DNA of 64,000 nucleotides from Fidelibacterota bacterium (GTDB lineage Bacteria > Fidelibacterota > Fidelibacteria > Fidelibacterales > DSDE01), in NCBI GenBank assembly GCA_046735395.1, contig JBJKQR010000062.1, positions 103,162 to 167,161 of the forward strand, in the 5' to 3' direction. Positions within the stretch are counted from its first letter, which is position 1. Each line of letters starts with the position of its first letter. The translations under genes were made by a program, and so were the position numbers. Below the pieces are notes generated by a model. The model saw only the letters and a list, made by a program, of their open reading frames with translations, did not search any database and was not told the origin of the DNA. Positions 60,089 to 64,000 of the stretch are shown here, one piece after another.

Positions 60089-60538
60089 GAAATTTTCTTC
60101 CGGTGATGAGTTAACTATCATTTTAAGTGATTTTGCTAAGCTTATCATTTCTTTATCAAAAGAGATCAACATAAATTCTTTTTGCCTAACCAATTTACTA
60201 AATTCAATTGCGGTTGCAATATGAATAGCATCAAGTGTTTTACACTTAGCAACTTCTTTTTTTAACTTCATTATTTTCTCAATATCTTCATCGATTATTC
60301 GGATATTAATCTCTTGAAGATACTCATCTAATTCATTTATTTTTTTTGATAACCATAATGAAGGAAGCTTTTCTTTATTATGTTCATATGTTCTTCGTAA
60401 TACAGTTAATGTTTCCAAGCGAAGAAGGATTGAACTTACCCTTATATTTGCATTAGTCCATAATCTCAATGCTTCTACTTTTCTATTTTCATCAAGCAAT
60501 ATTGCCAAGATTACGCTGGAATCAAAATATGTAAGCAT
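60083..60538 (-). CDS. vapC: VapC/PIN-domain toxin
   Basis: YFDSSV, TLDAIHIATA, SFDKEM. Confidence 0.9.
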   Translation of the reverse strand: MLTYFDSSVILAILLDENRKVEALRLWTNANIRVSSILLRLETLTVLRRTYEHNKEKLPSLWLSKKINELDEYLQEINIRIIDEDIEKIMKLKKEVAKCKTLDAIHIATAIEFSKLVRQKEFMLISFDKEMISLAKSLKMIVNSSPEENFF

Positions 60539-60541
60539 AAG

Positions 60542-60826
60542 CTATTCAGATCTATTTTCTTGATACTCAGTAATCCAATTAATTCCAGGAACACTCTCTG
60601 TAGATAATTTTATCGAGTCATTTCTTTTTGCTCTTATTAATTTCCCTGAAACTGATAAGAGTTGTAACTGATCTTCTAATTCATCATTTCCAACTTCATT
60701 TTTTGGTAAACTTATTTCCGCAATTACTTTATTGTGTTCAGTGATAAGTACTTTTTCACCAAGTTTTACTTGTTGTAAGTACTGAGATAATTGATTTTTT
60801 AAGTCTCTTACACCTACTGCTATCAT
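60542..60826 (-). CDS. Phd/YefM-family antitoxin
   Basis: MIAVGVRDLKNQLSQYL..V..GEKVLITEHNKVIA; ATG 60826 preferred over GTG 60847. Confidence 0.88.
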   Translation of the reverse strand: MIAVGVRDLKNQLSQYLQQVKLGEKVLITEHNKVIAEISLPKNEVGNDELEDQLQLLSVSGKLIRAKRNDSIKLSTESVPGINWITEYQENRSE

Positions 60827-60832
60827 ACCTAC

Positions 60833-60862
60833 AATATATAGCCACAATAGCTATAAAGTCAA
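60833..60862 (-). promoter_or_regulatory. Promoter/operator of the phd-vapC cassette, probably leaderless
   Basis: Minus strand TTGACT-N18-TATATT, 6 nt from ATG; TATAGC-N7-GCTATA palindrome (60837-60855). Confidence 0.6.
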
Positions 60863-60892
60863 CAATAATTTATTCCCCCGCCTGAAGGGTCC

Positions 60893-60992
60893 TTCTAACG
60901 TCATGTATTAACCGGCCTGAACCGCTGAAAAATGCTTCCAACCTAAATTCACAGTCCGGCGGTTTCAGGTCAGGTTCAATACGTTGTTAGCC
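60893..60992 (-). mobile_element. attC site 1
   Basis: Minus strand GGCTAAC-AACGT-ATTGAACCtgacctgaaaccgc...gcggttcaggccGGTTAAT-acatgac-GTTAGAA; 3 nt after the FISUMP stop. Confidence 0.85.
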
Positions 60993-60995
60993 TGT

Positions 60996-61403
60996 TTAAT
61001 CCTTGATACACCTAACACTAACTGCATATCCTTTATTAAGACCATTTCGAGTAATACCTGTAGTACTGTATTCTAATTGACGGAAATAGCCGAAATTTCC
61101 ATAACTCCGTTCTGTAGATGATCCCCAAAAGCCACTAGCTCCCTTATATGAAAATCCTCCATGGCGTTCCATACGATAACCACCTGGAAGAGCTGAAAAT
61201 CCAGTTTCATTTGATGCATCTATATTTGGAGTACCCCAGTATTGGGTTCCTGTAGCTTTTAGTTTTCCACCTAATCCTATTCCACGCCTTCCAGTAGAAT
61301 CTACACCACTCAAACTCATTCCAAGATAAATTTCTAATTGTTTCCATTCTTCATCTGTAGGAATGTGCCATCCCATAGGGGCAATCTTTCTATTATCCCC
61401 AAT
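60996..61403 (-). pseudogene. 3' part of a FISUMP-domain gene interrupted by IS21
   Basis: IAPMGWHIPTDEEWKQL, GGKLK..GT.YW, NETGFSALPGGYR, SVRCIKD; similarity stops at the IS left end. Confidence 0.85.
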
Positions 61404-61409
61404 TGTTTG

Positions 61410-61498
61410 TTCCGGCCCAATTCGTACACCGATTCCGGAGTGAATTCGTACAGCATTCCGGGGGCAATTCGTACACGATTCCGGTTTCAATTCGTACA
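61410..61498 (+). repeat. Four IS21 left-end subterminal repeats
   Basis: TTCCGG-N3/5-AATTCGTACA occurs four times in tandem. Confidence 0.9.
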
Positions 61499-61606
61499 AA
61501 ACGGAGTGTGAACCGGAATAATTTTCAGAAATGCGCTGGCGAAAAAGTCTGCTGATTTCCGGTCTGAATCATTACCTTGCTTTTTATCAAAAGCAAGGAG
61601 AAAGGA

Positions 61607-63148
61607 TTGAGACAGAGACTGCCTATGAAAAGCATACGAAGCATACTAAAACTATCCGAACTGGAAAACCTGAGTCTCCGGGCGATCGGATCTGCGGTTA
61701 ACCAACCACACACAACGGTCAAAGATTACATCACCCGCTACAAAGTCAGTGATCTGACGATGAAGGATGTGGATCAGTTAAGTGATCAGGAACTGTATGG
61801 AAAGCTGTTCCCGCTTGAACGTCGTCAGCCCCCAAAACCTCAGCCTCACAGCCCGGATTACAGTTGGGTTCACACGGAACTGAGACGTTCCCATGTTACC
61901 CGGCAACTGCTCTGGGAGGAATATCGCAAGGACACGCCTGACGGTCTGAGTTACAGTCAGTTCTGCCAGAATTACCTTGATTACAAGAAAACGATCACGA
62001 TCAGCATGCGACAGACGCATCGAGCTGGAGAAAAACTGTTCGTAGACTATGCGGGAACGAGTATCCCGTATACCGATCCCCTGACAGGCGTTGTCCATAA
62101 AACGGCTTTATTTATTGCGGTGTTGGGAGCCAGTGGCGATGTGTATGCGGAATGCAGTGCCGATCAGAGTACAGCCAGCTTTGTTCAGAGTCATATCCAG
62201 AGCTTAGAGTATTTTGAAGGCGCTCCCAAAATCCTGGTTCCAGATAATCTGAAAAGTGCGGTGATCAAGGCGGACTTGTATGATCCCCAGCTGAACAGTA
62301 CGTATCGGGATATGGCGGAGTATTATGGGATGGTCGTAATCCCTGCCCGCGTCAGAAAACCCAAGGACAAGGCCAAAGCTGAGCTGGGAGTGGGGCTAGT
62401 TGAACGGTGGATCGTCGCCGCTCTCCGGAATCGGATCTTCCACTCCCTCCAAGAGATCAATGAGGCCATCTGGGATCTGTTGGATCGGGTGAACTCCAAG
62501 ATCATCCGAGGCTTGGGAAAAAGTCGTCATGATCTGTATCTGGAGTTGGATAAACCAGCCCTGCAGGCACTGCCCACCGAACCCTATATCCTTCGTGAGA
62601 TGAAACAATGCCGGGTGAACATTGATTATCATATCCAGTTGGAAGGAGCGTATTACAGTGTTCCCTATCAGCTGGCTCACCGGGAAGTGACGGCGATTTA
62701 CTCCACTCGTACTGTCGAGATTTATCATGATAACACCATTGTAGCAACGCATCCTCGTCATACCCGAAAAGGAGCCGTCAGTACCCACTCTGAACATATG
62801 GCGTCCAGTCATCGGGCCTGGGCGGAGTTCAGTCCTTCCCGACTTATCGGATGGGCCGCAAACTATGGACCCTTCATGAAGCAACTGATCCAGGATATCC
62901 TGATCTCCAAACCTCATCCCGAGTTGGGCTTCCGTACCTGTCTGGGGATCTTAAACCATGCCAAAGGCATCGACTCGCCAGTGGCCTTGGAGATGACCGC
63001 CCAGATGATGCTGGAACTCAAAAGTTATAAAGTGGCGCACTTCAAGGATATCCTGAAATCCAAACGCTATCTTCCGGCCCCTGAAGAGCGGGAACTGCCG
63101 CTGCCGCAACAGCATGCCAATCTCAGATCCCCTGACAGCTTCAGATAA
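61607..63148 (+). CDS. istA: IS21-family transposase
   Basis: LLWEEY, YSQFC, GEKLFVDYAG, VPDNLKSAV, PKDKAKAE; TTG start after AAGGAG. Confidence 0.96.
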   Translation: MRQRLPMKSIRSILKLSELENLSLRAIGSAVNQPHTTVKDYITRYKVSDLTMKDVDQLSDQELYGKLFPLERRQPPKPQPHSPDYSWVHTELRRSHVTRQLLWEEYRKDTPDGLSYSQFCQNYLDYKKTITISMRQTHRAGEKLFVDYAGTSIPYTDPLTGVVHKTALFIAVLGASGDVYAECSADQSTASFVQSHIQSLEYFEGAPKILVPDNLKSAVIKADLYDPQLNSTYRDMAEYYGMVVIPARVRKPKDKAKAELGVGLVERWIVAALRNRIFHSLQEINEAIWDLLDRVNSKIIRGLGKSRHDLYLELDKPALQALPTEPYILREMKQCRVNIDYHIQLEGAYYSVPYQLAHREVTAIYSTRTVEIYHDNTIVATHPRHTRKGAVSTHSEHMASSHRAWAEFSPSRLIGWAANYGPFMKQLIQDILISKPHPELGFRTCLGILNHAKGIDSPVALEMTAQMMLELKSYKVAHFKDILKSKRYLPAPEERELPLPQQHANLRSPDSFR

Positions 63149-63159
63149 GGAGAGAGCCC

Positions 63160-63921
63160 ATGACAACACTCAATCACTGCCTTGAACAGGTCACAGACTT
63201 GAACCTGGGAGGCATCAAACAAGCCTTGATCCGACAGGAAGAGGATCCGGCGTATCACAGCCTCTCCTTTGCCGAACGGCTCTCGCATCTCTTGCAGGCT
63301 GAAAGCATCTTTAGACAAAACAAACTGATTAAACGGCTGACAGCTATGGCAAAACTCAAATACCGCTCAGCCTATCTGGAAGAACTGGAATACAGTGCCG
63401 CCCGAAATCTGGATAAAGCGCAGATCCTGGATCTGGCTCAAAATGAGTACATCCGACGGAGTCAGAATATTATCCTTACCGGAGCGACAGGGACGGGCAA
63501 AACGCATATCGCTTGTGCGCTGGGGCATCGGGCCATTGCTGATGGCTTCCAAACCTATTTTATCCGCATCCCGAAACTGCTTGAAGAAGTGCGGCTGTCA
63601 AAAGCAGATGGATCGTACTTGAAATGGCTCAAACGACTGTTGAAATTTAACCTCTTAATCCTGGATGACTTTGGCTCAGCCCCCTTAAAACCATCCGATC
63701 TGAAGGAACTTCTGGAGATCATTGAAGATCGGGTACAGGTTGGATCGTTTATTATTACATCCCAACTGCAGGTCAAAGACTGGCATGCGTATCTTGCTGA
63801 ACATACGCTCGCGGATGCTATCCTGGATCGACTGGTTCACAACTCTCACCGTATTAATTTAAAAGGAGAATCTATGAGAAAACTCAAAAACGGCCTTGGC
63901 AAATCGTACAACTTGGAATAA
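63160..63921 (+). CDS. istB: IS21-family helper ATPase
   Basis: GATGTGKT, LLILDDFG, ADAILDRLVH, GESMRK. Confidence 0.97.
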   Translation: MTTLNHCLEQVTDLNLGGIKQALIRQEEDPAYHSLSFAERLSHLLQAESIFRQNKLIKRLTAMAKLKYRSAYLEELEYSAARNLDKAQILDLAQNEYIRRSQNIILTGATGTGKTHIACALGHRAIADGFQTYFIRIPKLLEEVRLSKADGSYLKWLKRLLKFNLLILDDFGSAPLKPSDLKELLEIIEDRVQVGSFIITSQLQVKDWHAYLAEHTLADAILDRLVHNSHRINLKGESMRKLKNGLGKSYNLE

Positions 63922-63952
63922 TTTTAACCATGACTGGATATGGCGACACTAC

Positions 63953-64000
63953 TGTACGAAATGAAACCGGAATCACTGTACGAAATCACCGGAATAATCA
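63953..64000 (-). repeat. Two IS21 right-end subterminal repeats
   Basis: TGTACGAAAT...CCGGAAT twice, inverted relative to the left-end repeats. Confidence 0.9.

Larger units (their letters stand above)
61404..64000 (+). mobile_element. Complete IS21-family insertion sequence (2597 bp)
   Basis: TG...CA termini; left TGTTTGTTCCGG...TTCGTACA matches reverse complement of right end TGATTATTCCGG...TTCGTACA; istA + istB. Confidence 0.95.

Noticed and set aside
61410..61498. Tandem repeats of about 23 bp resembling a mini-CRISPR or iterons
   Set aside because: No spacer-length unique sequence and no cas genes; inverted copies at the other IS end identify them as IS21 terminal repeats.
61404..61499. 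N-terminus MYELKPESC... of the 167-aa ORF 60996-61499
   Set aside because: It is read from the IS21 left end and is not part of the original FISUMP gene.

Overview
Bacterial (Gram-negative) chromosomal window. T9SS-type sorting domains, a PorV-family gene, a CarboxypepD-type TonB receptor and a Bacteroidota-like membrane PPase point to an FCB-group organism (inference only). 1-46 kb is mostly core genome: SSS transporter + ablB, a 4-gene TonB receptor/PorV/T9SS-cargo cluster lacking SusD, hppA carrying an unusual 141-aa segment next to its catalytic motif, S9 peptidase, osmC-family, uvrB, purD, sigma-54 activator + LptE, asnS, acyP, nadE, comEC, gap, the ffs(SRP RNA)-dnaX-ybaB-recR-pgsA-pgpA-cinA-thpR-recA-recX run (dnaX has an A10 slippery run at the position expected for gamma-subunit production), a FecR/beta-barrel fusion, mltC-like, a hybrid kinase and a GNAT fused to a degenerate class III cyclase domain. 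From about 47 kb to 61.4 kb is an accessory tract of co-oriented minus-strand genes of mixed base composition: an R-M pair with an MTase-SNase fusion, a NucS-like nuclease, Fic, and two intact plus two decayed toxin-antitoxin pairs. Its right part carries four attC-like sites, so it reads as the eroding tail of an integron cassette array; three attC cores read GTC/GAC instead of GTT/AAC. No integrase is in the window. A complete IS21-family element (61404-64000) interrupts a FISUMP cassette and ends exactly at the window edge. All calls are from motif recognition by eye; no searches were run.
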